This document shows positions 28,253 to 38,343 of a DNA stretch of 64,000 bases, piece by piece. Source of the DNA: a virus; IMG/VR virus record IMGVR_UViG_3300029339_000415, one strand, 5' to 3'. Both the position numbers and the translations under genes were made by a program. The first letter of the stretch is position 1. Each line of letters opens with the position of its first letter. A model generated the notes under the pieces. It was not told where the DNA came from and did no database searches. It was given only the letters and a program-made list of their open reading frames with translations.

Positions 28253-28444
28253 ATGGTGATATGTAAAAATTGTTTAATTGCTATGGTAGAGACTATGAGT
28301 TTTCAACCAGGAGAAAGAAATCGACATGATAGATATTGTAAGTGTCCAAAATGTAAAAGAGAAACTAAACATATTAAAGTTATGAATTCTGAATTGTCTT
28401 TCGGTGAATATATGAATAAAGAATTGCGAAAGGCAGGTAGATGA
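28253..28444 (+). CDS. zinc-ribbon protein (63 aa)
   Basis: CKNC...CKCPKC. Confidence 0.4.
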   Translation: MVICKNCLIAMVETMSFQPGERNRHDRYCKCPKCKRETKHIKVMNSELSFGEYMNKELRKAGR

Positions 28445-28445
28445 A

Positions 28446-30665
28446 ATGATTAATAAAGAGATGATGAGGATTATTAATAGTAATCCTGAGATGATGAAAA
28501 TCATTAATGATTATTCAGATGATGAAAACAAAAAATTAAAAAAATTATGTCACAAGATTTGGCTTGGGAAGATTGATATGTATGAATATGATGATTTATA
28601 TGATGTCGCTATACAATGCTTAATGGAATCTGTGTATAGTTTTAATTCAGAGAAAGCAAATTTTGAAACATATTTAACAGGAAACATTAAAAGAAAATTT
28701 GATACATGGATGCGAGATAATAGATTTCGACTAAAAAGAAATAATCTTGTCACGGATGAAAAAGGAAAAATAATTTATGACGAAAACGGCACTCCAACAA
28801 TAATTAAAAATATCTCATTAGATGCACATACGGAAGATGATAATAACTTAATAGAGAAATTAGATTCAGGAATAAATATAGAAGATGAATGTAAATTTAA
28901 TTTTGATTCTGATGAAAAAGTAGAAAAGTTTCTCAATTCATTATCTAAAATACAAAAAAATATCTTGCTTATGCGGATGGAGGATTTTCCTTCTGAGAAA
29001 ATCAAAGAAGAATTAGGTATTTCTAATGGAGAATATAACAGTGCAATGAAAGCAATAAAAATGAACAAAGGGCTTTCGATGTTCTCAATAAATAAAAATG
29101 ATGGTGGTTATAATATGGAGGTAAATATGGAAGATAGAATTATTGAAATTAGCGAATCTGAAAATTACAGAATGGATAAATATAGTATGTACTCGTTGTT
29201 ACAAGATAAAAAAAATGGGGATATGAATTGCAACTATATCTTGCAGCGTGAACCGTTTCAATGGAGTAAGGAAGAAGCAAATAGATATTTCTGTCGTATT
29301 CTTAGCAATCTTCCAATTCCTGAAATTATACTTTGTGAACAGAAGAAAAAGGGATTAACTATATCACATTTGATTGATGGATTGCAGAGACTTTCATATG
29401 CAGAAGCTTTTAAGGAGAATCGAATTAAGATTGGTTCGGCAGGAGCGGAAAGACACTTAATTCAGTATAGAGATTATGTTTTAGATGATAATGGAAATCG
29501 TGTGCCTGATGAAGAAGGATTTCCTGAGTATGAAATGAAAGTTTTTGATGTTATTGGAAAATATTATAAAGATTTACCAGATGAGTTAAAGAAAAGATTT
29601 AATAATTTTAATATTAATGTAACAAAGTTTTTTGATTGTACCGATGAGCAGATTGCCGATCATATTCGTGATTACAATAATCATGCAAGTATGAATAAAG
29701 AACAGGGTGGATTACTCAACGTATCAGCCGATATTGCTGGACATATTAAAAAGATTTCTCAAAAAAATTCATTTTTCAAAAACTGCGGTAAGTTTACAAA
29801 TAATAATTCAATTAAAGGAAAACTTGAAAGAGTTGTTGTTGAATCAATTATGTTGTTATTCTTTCGTGAATCGTGGAGAGCGAGTTTAGATTCGATTTAT
29901 AAATTCGTCAATGAAAATACAACAGAACAGCAATTTTTAAAATTGAATTCACAGTTTAACAGATTGGAACTAGCATTAGGTGATAATAACAAAGATTTAT
30001 CAAAGGAATTATTTACACCTACAACAATGCCAATGTGGATTTCAGTGTTTGATAAATTTACTACATATAATATAGAAGATAGTCGTTTCGTAGATTTCTT
30101 AAATGCATATAACATAGAACTCAAAGACAAAGAAATCAATGGTATATCAATGGCTGACTTTAAGGATCAACAGACCAAGAAAAAGACAACTATTGTAGGT
30201 AAGATTGATTTACTTATAAGGCTTATGAATGATTTTTTACATATTGATACAACTGAAACAGAGAATAATATAGAGTCTTCTGATAATAAGGTAATAAATG
30301 ATAATGAATCTGAACAGAATATGGGTTGCAATGATGAAATATTATCATTTGTTAAAAAAAATGTTGCTGATGATATAGAGGAGATTGATATAAAGGAATA
30401 CCAGGATTTCGTGGATGTGTATTTAAAAATAGACAACCCTCTCTATATACAATGTAAGGCTGCATTGATGGCACTAACGGCATATGCTTATAGAACCGAA
30501 AAAGATACTGAGTTGGCAACTTGGTTAGAAAATTATCAGAAGAATGCTATTGATAAGAATTATAGTCCATCACAAGATGTTAATTATAAGTATATTAAGA
30601 TGGATTTCGACAATTACATACATTATTTAGACAATATGAAAAAGGAGGAAATAGCCAATGCCTGA
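28446..30665 (+). CDS. ECF-type sigma factor (regions 2 and 4) fused to DUF262 (GmrSD N-terminal / ParB-like) domain
   Basis: region-2-like YDDLYDVAIQCLMESVYSFNSEKANFETYLTGNIKRKFDTWMRDNRF; region-4-like IQKNILLMRMEDFPSEKIKEELGISNGEYNSAMKAIKMN; DUF262 motif LIDGLQRLS; internal SD+ATG at 29127. Confidence 0.55.
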   Translation: MINKEMMRIINSNPEMMKIINDYSDDENKKLKKLCHKIWLGKIDMYEYDDLYDVAIQCLMESVYSFNSEKANFETYLTGNIKRKFDTWMRDNRFRLKRNNLVTDEKGKIIYDENGTPTIIKNISLDAHTEDDNNLIEKLDSGINIEDECKFNFDSDEKVEKFLNSLSKIQKNILLMRMEDFPSEKIKEELGISNGEYNSAMKAIKMNKGLSMFSINKNDGGYNMEVNMEDRIIEISESENYRMDKYSMYSLLQDKKNGDMNCNYILQREPFQWSKEEANRYFCRILSNLPIPEIILCEQKKKGLTISHLIDGLQRLSYAEAFKENRIKIGSAGAERHLIQYRDYVLDDNGNRVPDEEGFPEYEMKVFDVIGKYYKDLPDELKKRFNNFNINVTKFFDCTDEQIADHIRDYNNHASMNKEQGGLLNVSADIAGHIKKISQKNSFFKNCGKFTNNNSIKGKLERVVVESIMLLFFRESWRASLDSIYKFVNENTTEQQFLKLNSQFNRLELALGDNNKDLSKELFTPTTMPMWISVFDKFTTYNIEDSRFVDFLNAYNIELKDKEINGISMADFKDQQTKKKTTIVGKIDLLIRLMNDFLHIDTTETENNIESSDNKVINDNESEQNMGCNDEILSFVKKNVADDIEEIDIKEYQDFVDVYLKIDNPLYIQCKAALMALTAYAYRTEKDTELATWLENYQKNAIDKNYSPSQDVNYKYIKMDFDNYIHYLDNMKKEEIANA

Positions 30666-30858
30666 TATTACGATGTGTACAAGCCAGACTTGTGAAAGAA
30701 GAGGAGAATGTTATAGAGTAACCGCAAAACCAGATAAGATACAAAGTTATGCTGATTTTACTTCGTTATGTGCAGATAGAGATTTTAGATGTCAATGGAT
30801 TGTTACTGATAGAGAAGTACTTGCTGATGATATTAGTAGCTTGTTAGTAAGATGTTAA
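30658..30858 (+). CDS. hypothetical Cys-rich protein (66 aa)
   Basis: overlaps stop of upstream gene; 6 Cys. Confidence 0.35.
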   Translation: MPDITMCTSQTCERRGECYRVTAKPDKIQSYADFTSLCADRDFRCQWIVTDREVLADDISSLLVRC

Positions 30859-30875
30859 GTAAGGAGAATAATAAA

Positions 30876-31019
30876 ATGGATAAAGATATAAATAAGCGAA
30901 ATGAACTAAGAAAGCAATTACAGGCGTTATCAAAGGAAAGAATTATTGAGTTATATATTCACTTATTCATGAAATTTACTAATGATAAGGATGAAGCTGA
31001 TTGGGAAGATATTAAATAA
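30876..31019 (+). CDS. hypothetical protein (47 aa)
   Basis: SD AAGGAGAATA. Confidence 0.3.
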   Translation: MDKDINKRNELRKQLQALSKERIIELYIHLFMKFTNDKDEADWEDIK

Positions 31020-31038
31020 GAAAAAGGAGTTATATAAA

Positions 31039-31347
31039 ATGAGTAATTTAAGAGATTTATTAAAAGAATTTAAAAATAGTGAAATTTTTGATGATTTAGA
31101 AAAGAATGAGGGAGACGATGAAATTATAGACACTACCGCAAGTGTTATAGCAAGTATTATAGCGAGTATGATTGCAGGTGCTATAGTTTTATTATTTGTT
31201 TTTGGATTAAGTTGGATTATAACTTGTATAATTGTTAAATTGATTACATTATGCTTAGGAGTTTCGTTTAAATGGTCACTTGCAACAATTATTTGGTTAA
31301 TTTTTTGTGTTTTAAACATGTTACTTCATATAATAATAAAGAAATAA
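31039..31347 (+). CDS. membrane protein (102 aa, 2-3 TM; holin-like topology)
   Basis: SD AAAAGGAG; hydrophobic stretches ASVIASIIASMIAGAIVLLFVFGLSWIITCIIVKLITL. Confidence 0.45.
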   Translation: MSNLRDLLKEFKNSEIFDDLEKNEGDDEIIDTTASVIASIIASMIAGAIVLLFVFGLSWIITCIIVKLITLCLGVSFKWSLATIIWLIFCVLNMLLHIIIKK

Positions 31348-31419
31348 TACAATAAGAAATGTTTTTAAAAGTTATATAAAGTATCTTTAATTAACTAGAT
31401 TTAAAAGGAGAATATATAA

Positions 31420-31581
31420 ATGTCAGTATTTTTTATATTAGTTCTAATAGGATTAATAATTCTATGGTTTCTACTGTCGCCTTTGTTTGTAAAAATTGGT
31501 GAATTTGTTATCAACATTATAAATAAGGTATTTTCGACAGATGAAATAAATAACAATGAAGAAAAGGAGACAAAAAGATGA
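31420..31581 (+). CDS. small membrane protein (53 aa)
   Basis: SD AAAAGGAGAA; VFFILVLIGLIILWFLL. Confidence 0.3.
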   Translation: MSVFFILVLIGLIILWFLLSPLFVKIGEFVINIINKVFSTDEINNNEEKETKR

Positions 31582-32444
31582 AGAAAGCAATTGGAGGAGT
31601 AGTAACAATAGTAGTAATTGTTGTTGCGGCAATATTATTACTAATATCAAGTGTGCGTGTACCTGCTGGATATATTGCTGTACAGTACAGTATGTCGGGT
31701 GGCGTAAAGGGCGATATTCTTACGCAGGGTTGGCATTTAAAGTCACCAACAGTAAAGACAACACTTTACTCGGTGAGTCTTGAACAGAGTTATTTAACAT
31801 CTGGTAAGGACGGAGACTCTAAGGACGATGATAGCTTTTCAGCAAGTTCATCTGAAGGTAAGGCTATGCAGATAGATCTTACATTTACATATCAGTATAG
31901 TCCTGATAAGGTAGCTGATTTATTTACAAGATTTAGAGGGCAGTCAGGTAAGGAAGTAAGAGACAGCTTTATTAAGCCTAATATTATTTCTTGGACTAAG
32001 GAAGTTGTTGCAAATTATAAGGTATCAGATATTCTTGGTTCTGAAAGAGCAAATGTAAATACGGCATTAACAGACTATCTTAGTAAGAAGTTTGAATCTT
32101 ATGGAATTGCAATTAGCAATGTTTCATTGATTAATATTTCCGTAGATGAAAAGACGCAGGAAGCTATTAATGCAAAGATTACAGCACAACAGGCAGCCGA
32201 AACTCAGGAGATTAATAATCAGACAGCTATTAATAAGGCAAAGGCAGATGCAGAGGTAACTAAAGCAGAAGCACAGGCTAAAGCCGATGCACAGCTTATA
32301 GAAGCTCAAGCACAGGCAGAAGCTAACAGTAAGTTAAGTTCTTCTATCACAGATGAACTTATAAGAATGAAGGAAGCAGAAGCAAGACTAGAACATGGCT
32401 GGGTTGAGATTCAGGGTGTCAATACTGTAGTTACCACAGATTAA
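31578..32444 (+). CDS. SPFH/band-7 (stomatin/prohibitin-like) membrane protein
   Basis: N-terminal TM; GYIAVQYSMSGGVKGDILTQGWHLKSP core; Ala/Gln-rich coiled-coil tail. Confidence 0.7.
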   Translation: MKKAIGGVVTIVVIVVAAILLLISSVRVPAGYIAVQYSMSGGVKGDILTQGWHLKSPTVKTTLYSVSLEQSYLTSGKDGDSKDDDSFSASSSEGKAMQIDLTFTYQYSPDKVADLFTRFRGQSGKEVRDSFIKPNIISWTKEVVANYKVSDILGSERANVNTALTDYLSKKFESYGIAISNVSLINISVDEKTQEAINAKITAQQAAETQEINNQTAINKAKADAEVTKAEAQAKADAQLIEAQAQAEANSKLSSSITDELIRMKEAEARLEHGWVEIQGVNTVVTTD

Positions 32445-32478
32445 TTCATAAAGGCGTGGTATAAATTCCACGCCGTAT

Positions 32479-32551
32479 GGATCATTAGCTTAATTGGTTA
32501 GAGCAACCGTCTCATAACGGTCGGTCATCTGTTCGAGTCAGATATGATCCA
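32479..32551 (+). tRNA. tRNA-like gene (probable tRNA-Met/Ile2, CAT) with irregular 16-nt anticodon arm
   Basis: 7-bp acceptor GGATCAT/ATGATCC, D-arm GCTT/GAGC, T-arm ATCTG-TTCGAGT-CAGAT, discriminator A; anticodon region ACCGT-CTCATA-ACGGT is one nt short of canonical. Confidence 0.5.
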
Positions 32552-32578
32552 TTAAAAATAAAAGAAAGGAACTAATAA

Positions 32579-32875
32579 ATGAAATACATAGAAAATATTG
32601 TAATAGGAAAACCAATAGCAGAACCACAACAGATGTTTGCATTAGATGAAAATGATTGGAACAGAATTGAGCAGGAAAAGACTTATTATACAAACGAGAG
32701 GTTTCTTCCCAGAATTCTTGTTGAATTAGGCATTTATCCATCAATTAGTGAGATTAGAAGGAATAAACCTAATCTTATGATAAGTTTAGATGATGTTGAT
32801 TTTATTGATAATTTAAAAGTTAGTAGAAAAAGAAGATTATGGATTTTAGTGGGGATAGTAAATTCTCTTTTTTAG
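32579..32875 (+). CDS. hypothetical protein (98 aa)
   Basis: SD AAAGGAACTAA. Confidence 0.4.
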   Translation: MKYIENIVIGKPIAEPQQMFALDENDWNRIEQEKTYYTNERFLPRILVELGIYPSISEIRRNKPNLMISLDDVDFIDNLKVSRKRRLWILVGIVNSLF

Positions 32876-32891
32876 ATTGTGGGGTGAAAAG

Positions 32892-33263
32892 ATGCAAATA
32901 AATATTAGTTATACATTATATACAGACGGTGATTACAGTTTAAGGAATGCCGAAGATTTTGGCTGTACTAATAGAGACGTAGTAGTTGATGATTCTGAAT
33001 ATTATGATTATGTTGGTTCTATGGAATTTAAATATGAAGATGAGTGGCATTGTAAAAACGAAGCGAAGAGTTTTCTTTGGAGATTTTTATGTGATGGAAT
33101 TCATGTATCTTATACACATCCTTGGCTGCTTAAAGATTTTTATGACATTATAGAATCTTTAGAGAATATTATTAATGAATATCAAGAGGGAATATCTGTA
33201 GCCAAAAAGCATATAACAGGTAACTATGAAGGTACTGAAATTAAAATAGAAATATTGAAGTAA
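32892..33263 (+). CDS. hypothetical protein (123 aa)
   Basis: ATG in frame with track ORF 32877. Confidence 0.4.
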   Translation: MQINISYTLYTDGDYSLRNAEDFGCTNRDVVVDDSEYYDYVGSMEFKYEDEWHCKNEAKSFLWRFLCDGIHVSYTHPWLLKDFYDIIESLENIINEYQEGISVAKKHITGNYEGTEIKIEILK

Positions 33264-33297
33264 GGTTCGATTTCTTTGGAAAGAAAGGTGAAAATAA

Positions 33298-33678
33298 ATG
33301 AATAGTGAAGATAGAAAAAATGAAATACAGAATATGATTGCTGATAGGTTGGCAGACAATGATACTGTAAATTGCGTATTTCAGATACTTTTATTAAAAG
33401 AAGAATCAAAAGATATTCTTGAAGATCTACTTAAAAGAAATGGATATGAGGCATATACAGTTGATACAGTAGATGGTTGCTGGAATCTAAATGATGATTG
33501 GTATGAGCTTGATAATGTGAAATCTATTGTTGAATTTTGTGGCGTATATCCTGTTGAATGGGATATTAATGATGTGGTTTTACTGGAAGAACTTTATTAT
33601 AACAGAGATATATACATTAAAGTATTTTGGAAAAAAGAAAGCGAAGATGGAACGATTAAATATATTCCAAATAATTAA
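33298..33678 (+). CDS. hypothetical protein (126 aa)
   Basis: SD AAAGGTGAAAA. Confidence 0.4.
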   Translation: MNSEDRKNEIQNMIADRLADNDTVNCVFQILLLKEESKDILEDLLKRNGYEAYTVDTVDGCWNLNDDWYELDNVKSIVEFCGVYPVEWDINDVVLLEELYYNRDIYIKVFWKKESEDGTIKYIPNN

Positions 33679-33708
33679 CAAGAAAACTTCGTTTCCTTTG
33701 GATTATAA

Positions 33709-35829
33709 ATGGAGAATATAACAATAGAAGCAATTAACAAAAATAAATATAAGAAAGAAGAGGTACAAAACATGGATGGATTTATGATGTTTAAGAAGGC
33801 TTTACAGAAGCACTTCGATGAAATGCAGAAAGAGGCAACACATTTATTTGAGGTAAATGTAGATAAGGATGAATTATGGAATACATATCTTGATAGCTTC
33901 CCTGCTGGTACAAATGAGATTTTCAGAGAGCGTAGAGAGCATGATTGTAGTTGTTGTAGACAGTTTATTAAGAATATTGGTTCTGCTGTCACTATCAAGG
34001 ATAACCAGATTCATACGATTTGGGAACTGAATCTTGGTGATACAACATATCAGCCAGTATGTGATGCACTTGATACTTTTGTAAAAGCTCATACAGTTAC
34101 AGATATTTATACAACTAAGTTCCCCAAAATTGGTACAGATTTTAACTTTGAGGAAATCAATGAAAAATCTCATCAGTGGGATCATTTCTTCTTAGAGCTT
34201 CCAAACAAGTTCGTAAATAGAAGTAGTCGTTCTAACGAGGAAGTTAAAGGACAGTTCAGAGATACAAGAAATGTATTTAAGCGTTCTCTCGATGAGATTA
34301 CTATGGAAGCACTTGATACAATTCTTGAACTTATCAATTCAAATACGCTTTACAAGGGCGAAGAGTGGAAAGGTGTACTCGCAGAGTTCAAGAAGTATAA
34401 GAAGGAATACGATAAGCTGACTTCTGATACTGAAAAGGATTTATATGCTTGGGAGAAGTCGGTAACAGCAGGTATGGCTATCGGTAGAATTAGAAATCAT
34501 TCTATTGGAACACTTCTTATTAATGTAAGTGAGGATATGGATCTTGACACAGCAGTTAAGAAGTATGAGCAGATTGTCGCTCCAAGCAATTATAAGCGTC
34601 CAAAGGCTATTTTTACAAAGAAGATGCTTGAGGATGCAAAGAAGACTATTACAGAACTTGGATATATGGATTCATTACAGAGAAGATTTGCTAATCTGAA
34701 TGATATTACTGTAAATAATGTATTGTTCTCAAACAAGAGTGCTGCAAGAAGAATGGTTGGTGCAGATGATATTTTTGGGCAGATGGAAAAAGATGTTGCT
34801 GTAAGTCCTAAGAAGTTTTCTAAGGTTGAGGAGATTTCAGCACAGGATTTCATTGATAAGGTACTTCCAACTGCAAAGGAGATTGAAGCTTTTGTAGAGA
34901 ATAAACATGAGAAGAATTTTGTTTCTATGATTGCATCTATTAATCCAGACGCTAAGACAATGTTCAAGTGGAACAATGGATTATCTTGGGCTTATTCAGG
35001 AAACATTACTGAGTCTGATATGAAACAGAATGTAAAAGCTGCTGGCGGTAATGTTGACGGTGTACTCAGATTTTCAATTCAGTGGAACGAAGACGGACAT
35101 GACAATTATGACCTTGATGCCCATTGTATTGAGCCAGATAAGAATGAAATTTTCTTTAGTAATTGTAGAAAGCCAAGTGTTTCAAGAATGGGTGGTCAGT
35201 TAGACGTTGATATTATTCATCCAGATGGAAAGGTTGCAGTAGAGAATATTACTTGGGAAGACCTGTCAAGAATGAAACCAGGTGTTTATAAGTTCTTTGT
35301 ACATCAGTATTCAGGAAGCGTAAGGCATGGATTTAGAGCTGAGATTGAATTTAATGGAGAAATTTACAAGTTTGATTACGATAAGTCGATGAGAACTGAT
35401 GAAAAGGTTCAGGTTGCAGAAGTAACACTCGATGAGAATGGAAACTTCTCAATTAAGGAGAAATTAGCAGGAAATTCATCTATTTCAAGCCGTGAGATTT
35501 GGGGTGTAAATACAAATCAGTTTGTTCCTGTATCAGTAATTAGTTATAGTCCAAATTATTTTGATGAGCAGGATGGAATTGGTCATAGGCATTTATTCTT
35601 CTTCCTGAAGGATTGTGTGAACAACGAAAGTCCTAATGGCTATTACAACGAGTTCTTAAAGAGTGACCTTGAAAAGCACAAGAGAGTATTTGAGGCTTTA
35701 GGTGCTAAGTGTCATGTAGAAGATACTGATGATCAGCTTTCAGGAATTGGATTTTCTATGACAAAGAGAGCAGATTTAGTTGTTAAGGTTAAGGGCGCAA
35801 CAGAGCGTGTAATGAAGATTAAGTTTTAA
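33709..35829 (+). CDS. large hypothetical protein (706 aa)
   Basis: longest non-fusion ORF in window; HDCSCCRQF motif near N-terminus; no family recognised by eye. Confidence 0.55.
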   Translation: MENITIEAINKNKYKKEEVQNMDGFMMFKKALQKHFDEMQKEATHLFEVNVDKDELWNTYLDSFPAGTNEIFRERREHDCSCCRQFIKNIGSAVTIKDNQIHTIWELNLGDTTYQPVCDALDTFVKAHTVTDIYTTKFPKIGTDFNFEEINEKSHQWDHFFLELPNKFVNRSSRSNEEVKGQFRDTRNVFKRSLDEITMEALDTILELINSNTLYKGEEWKGVLAEFKKYKKEYDKLTSDTEKDLYAWEKSVTAGMAIGRIRNHSIGTLLINVSEDMDLDTAVKKYEQIVAPSNYKRPKAIFTKKMLEDAKKTITELGYMDSLQRRFANLNDITVNNVLFSNKSAARRMVGADDIFGQMEKDVAVSPKKFSKVEEISAQDFIDKVLPTAKEIEAFVENKHEKNFVSMIASINPDAKTMFKWNNGLSWAYSGNITESDMKQNVKAAGGNVDGVLRFSIQWNEDGHDNYDLDAHCIEPDKNEIFFSNCRKPSVSRMGGQLDVDIIHPDGKVAVENITWEDLSRMKPGVYKFFVHQYSGSVRHGFRAEIEFNGEIYKFDYDKSMRTDEKVQVAEVTLDENGNFSIKEKLAGNSSISSREIWGVNTNQFVPVSVISYSPNYFDEQDGIGHRHLFFFLKDCVNNESPNGYYNEFLKSDLEKHKRVFEALGAKCHVEDTDDQLSGIGFSMTKRADLVVKVKGATERVMKIKF

Positions 35830-35850
35830 TTAGAAAAGGAGATTATTATT

Positions 35851-36240
35851 ATGACAAACAACGAATTATTTATTAATGCAACAAGAGCAAACTATCAGTT
35901 CCCATTCAGAGGGATGATTAATGTAATTGATTTGTGGGATTTATCTCTCACAAATCTGGACTCAGTATTTAAGACACTCAATGCAGAAGCAAAGAAGTCT
36001 GAGGAAGAGAGTCTTCTGAATACTAAGTCAAAGGAAGATGAGGAGATTTCTAACAAGATTGAAATTGTTAAGTATATTGTTGGCGTGAAGTTGGATGAGA
36101 AAAAGAAGAGAGAAGACGCTAAGAAAAATGCTGAGATGAGACAAAGATTGCTTGAAATCAAGGCTAAGAGACAGGATGCAGCACTTGAGAACATGTCTGA
36201 TGAGGATCTGGATAAGGCACTTGCAGAATTAAGTGAGTAA
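35851..36240 (+). CDS. hypothetical coiled-coil protein (129 aa)
   Basis: SD AAAAGGAGAT; KE-rich C-terminal half. Confidence 0.4.
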   Translation: MTNNELFINATRANYQFPFRGMINVIDLWDLSLTNLDSVFKTLNAEAKKSEEESLLNTKSKEDEEISNKIEIVKYIVGVKLDEKKKREDAKKNAEMRQRLLEIKAKRQDAALENMSDEDLDKALAELSE

Positions 36241-36251
36241 TTGTTACAAAT

Positions 36252-36296
36252 ATACCATATATAGTATTAATAAGCAATATATACTATATATGGTAT
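36252..36296. repeat. perfect 16-bp inverted repeat ATACCATATATAGTAT-N13-ATACTATATATGGTAT
   Basis: intergenic, upstream of nucleotidyltransferase gene. Confidence 0.6.
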
Positions 36297-36352
36297 ATAT
36301 TTTACGCTAGAAAGAAACGCACATTTCATTAGAATTTTTGGAGGTTAAGACA

Positions 36353-37381
36353 ATGACAATTGAACAGATTAAGGACAAATTAAAATCAAAAGAGTATGAC
36401 TTCCTGAGAACAGATAAGAATTTGGGTAACAATATCATTATCTTAACTCTTGGTGGAAGTCATGCATATGGAATGGATAAAGAAGGATCTGATTTAGATG
36501 TGAGAGGTATTGCACTCAACAGCAAATCAGATATTTTACTTGGAACAGATTTTGAACAGGTCGTAAATACCGATACAGACACCACAGTATATTCATTTAA
36601 CAAAATGATTCAGCTTCTTACATCGAATAATCCTAATACAATTGAACAACTCGGTTGTCTACCAGAACATTATTTGCATTTGTCTGATATTGGAAGAGAA
36701 CTTTTAGACAATAGAAAAATGTTTTTATCAAAAGTTTGTATTCATACTTTTGGTGGTTATTCGTCTTCACAGTTAAGACGCATGGAGAACAAAGCTGCAA
36801 GGTTAGTTGGTCAGGCAGAAAATGAAGCATATATTTTGAGAAGTATTAACAATGCTCAATATGAATTTAAAAATAGATATTATCCATACAATGAAAGTGA
36901 TTTGAAACTGTATATTGATAAAGCTGTTCAGGAAGGATATGACAGTGAAATTTTTATGGATGTAAATTTGAAACATTATCCATTAAGAGATTGGGCTGGA
37001 ATGTGGAACGAAATGAAATCCATTGTAAGTAGTTACAGTAAATTTGGCAAACGAAATGAAAAAGCAGTTGCTCATGATAAACTTGGTAAACATATGGCAC
37101 ATTTGATTCGTTTATATATGATGTGTATTGATATTCTTGAAAAAGAAGAAATTATTACGTATAGAGCAGACGAACATGATTTGTTAATGAGTATTAGAAA
37201 CGGAGAATATTTAGATGAGAATAGACAGCCTATTTCTGAGTTCTATGATTTATTGAATGAATATGAAAAACGTTTTGAATACGCAAAAGAAAATACATCT
37301 TTGCCTGATAAACCTGATTATAAGAAAATCAATGAATTTAAGATGTATGTAAATGAGAGAATTGTGAAAGGAGATATCTGA
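36353..37381 (+). CDS. Pol-beta superfamily nucleotidyltransferase (342 aa)
   Basis: ILTLGGSHAYGMDKEGSDLDVRGI = hG[GS]x9-13DhD motif. Confidence 0.55.
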   Translation: MTIEQIKDKLKSKEYDFLRTDKNLGNNIIILTLGGSHAYGMDKEGSDLDVRGIALNSKSDILLGTDFEQVVNTDTDTTVYSFNKMIQLLTSNNPNTIEQLGCLPEHYLHLSDIGRELLDNRKMFLSKVCIHTFGGYSSSQLRRMENKAARLVGQAENEAYILRSINNAQYEFKNRYYPYNESDLKLYIDKAVQEGYDSEIFMDVNLKHYPLRDWAGMWNEMKSIVSSYSKFGKRNEKAVAHDKLGKHMAHLIRLYMMCIDILEKEEIITYRADEHDLLMSIRNGEYLDENRQPISEFYDLLNEYEKRFEYAKENTSLPDKPDYKKINEFKMYVNERIVKGDI

Positions 37382-38343
37382 TGGAAATATCAAATAGAGC
37401 AAAAGAAAGATTCTGTAAGGATTGCAATATACCAATTAGATTATTCCAAGAGCCATATTTTTTAGATAGAATTAAGCTTTTTGATGAGTTCTATGGAACT
37501 GTTGACAAGTGGATTAGATTTGCAAGCGAATTACAGGGGTATAATTGTGAGCAGGATTATTTTGAAGAATATAATCATGTAAAGGATGCAGCTATTACAA
37601 GTATCAAAGAGTCAGAGGCATATCAGAGATTTAATGCGGAAGATATGAACAAATTCACTGTGATTCATAAAAATTTATCTAATAAAGATATATTTAAGCC
37701 AACTAATACTGGAAGAGTTTTTATCAGTATTGATATGAGAAAGGCTAATTTTTCATCTTTACACGAATATGATAAGAATATATTTCGTGGGACTGATACA
37801 TGGGAAGATTTTATTTCTCAATTCACGGATAACGAACATATTGCAAATAGTAAATATATTCGTCAGGTAATTTTGGGTAATTGCAATCCCAAAAGACACA
37901 TCACCTATGAAAAGTACCTTATGGATCAGACATTATCGTTATTATATGACATCATTGGTGAAGAGAGAATTGTATTCTTTTCAAATGATGAGATTGTTTA
38001 TGATATGACAACAGCAAGTAATTTGCACATGTTAAATCTTGTGAGAAATTGTGTTGAAGAAAGATTAAGTACAAAATCTAATATTCCATTCAGAGTTGAA
38101 TTATTTTCGCTCCACAAAATCAATGGTACTGACGGATACTGTAAGAAAATCTATAAAGAAAATGGAAAATATAGTATTGAGTTTAAGTGTTTGGATAATT
38201 ATATAATGCCATTCGTACTTAGATACTTCTTGGGAGAAGAAGTAACTGAAAGTGACAAGGTATTCTACCACGAAGGGTTGCTTGCAAAGTTTATTGATAT
38301 ACCAAAAATTGAGGTGAATTTGAATGAAGAAATTGAAAATTGA
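37381..38343 (+). CDS. hypothetical protein (320 aa)
   Basis: overlapping start/stop ATGA with upstream gene. Confidence 0.45.
   Translation: MEISNRAKERFCKDCNIPIRLFQEPYFLDRIKLFDEFYGTVDKWIRFASELQGYNCEQDYFEEYNHVKDAAITSIKESEAYQRFNAEDMNKFTVIHKNLSNKDIFKPTNTGRVFISIDMRKANFSSLHEYDKNIFRGTDTWEDFISQFTDNEHIANSKYIRQVILGNCNPKRHITYEKYLMDQTLSLLYDIIGEERIVFFSNDEIVYDMTTASNLHMLNLVRNCVEERLSTKSNIPFRVELFSLHKINGTDGYCKKIYKENGKYSIEFKCLDNYIMPFVLRYFLGEEVTESDKVFYHEGLLAKFIDIPKIEVNLNEEIEN

Noticed and set aside
32451-32473. GGCGTGG-N8-CCACGCC hairpin after SPFH gene as a confident terminator
   Set aside because: The stem is good but not followed by a T-run. It may be an RNA structure adjacent to the tRNA-like gene rather than an intrinsic terminator.
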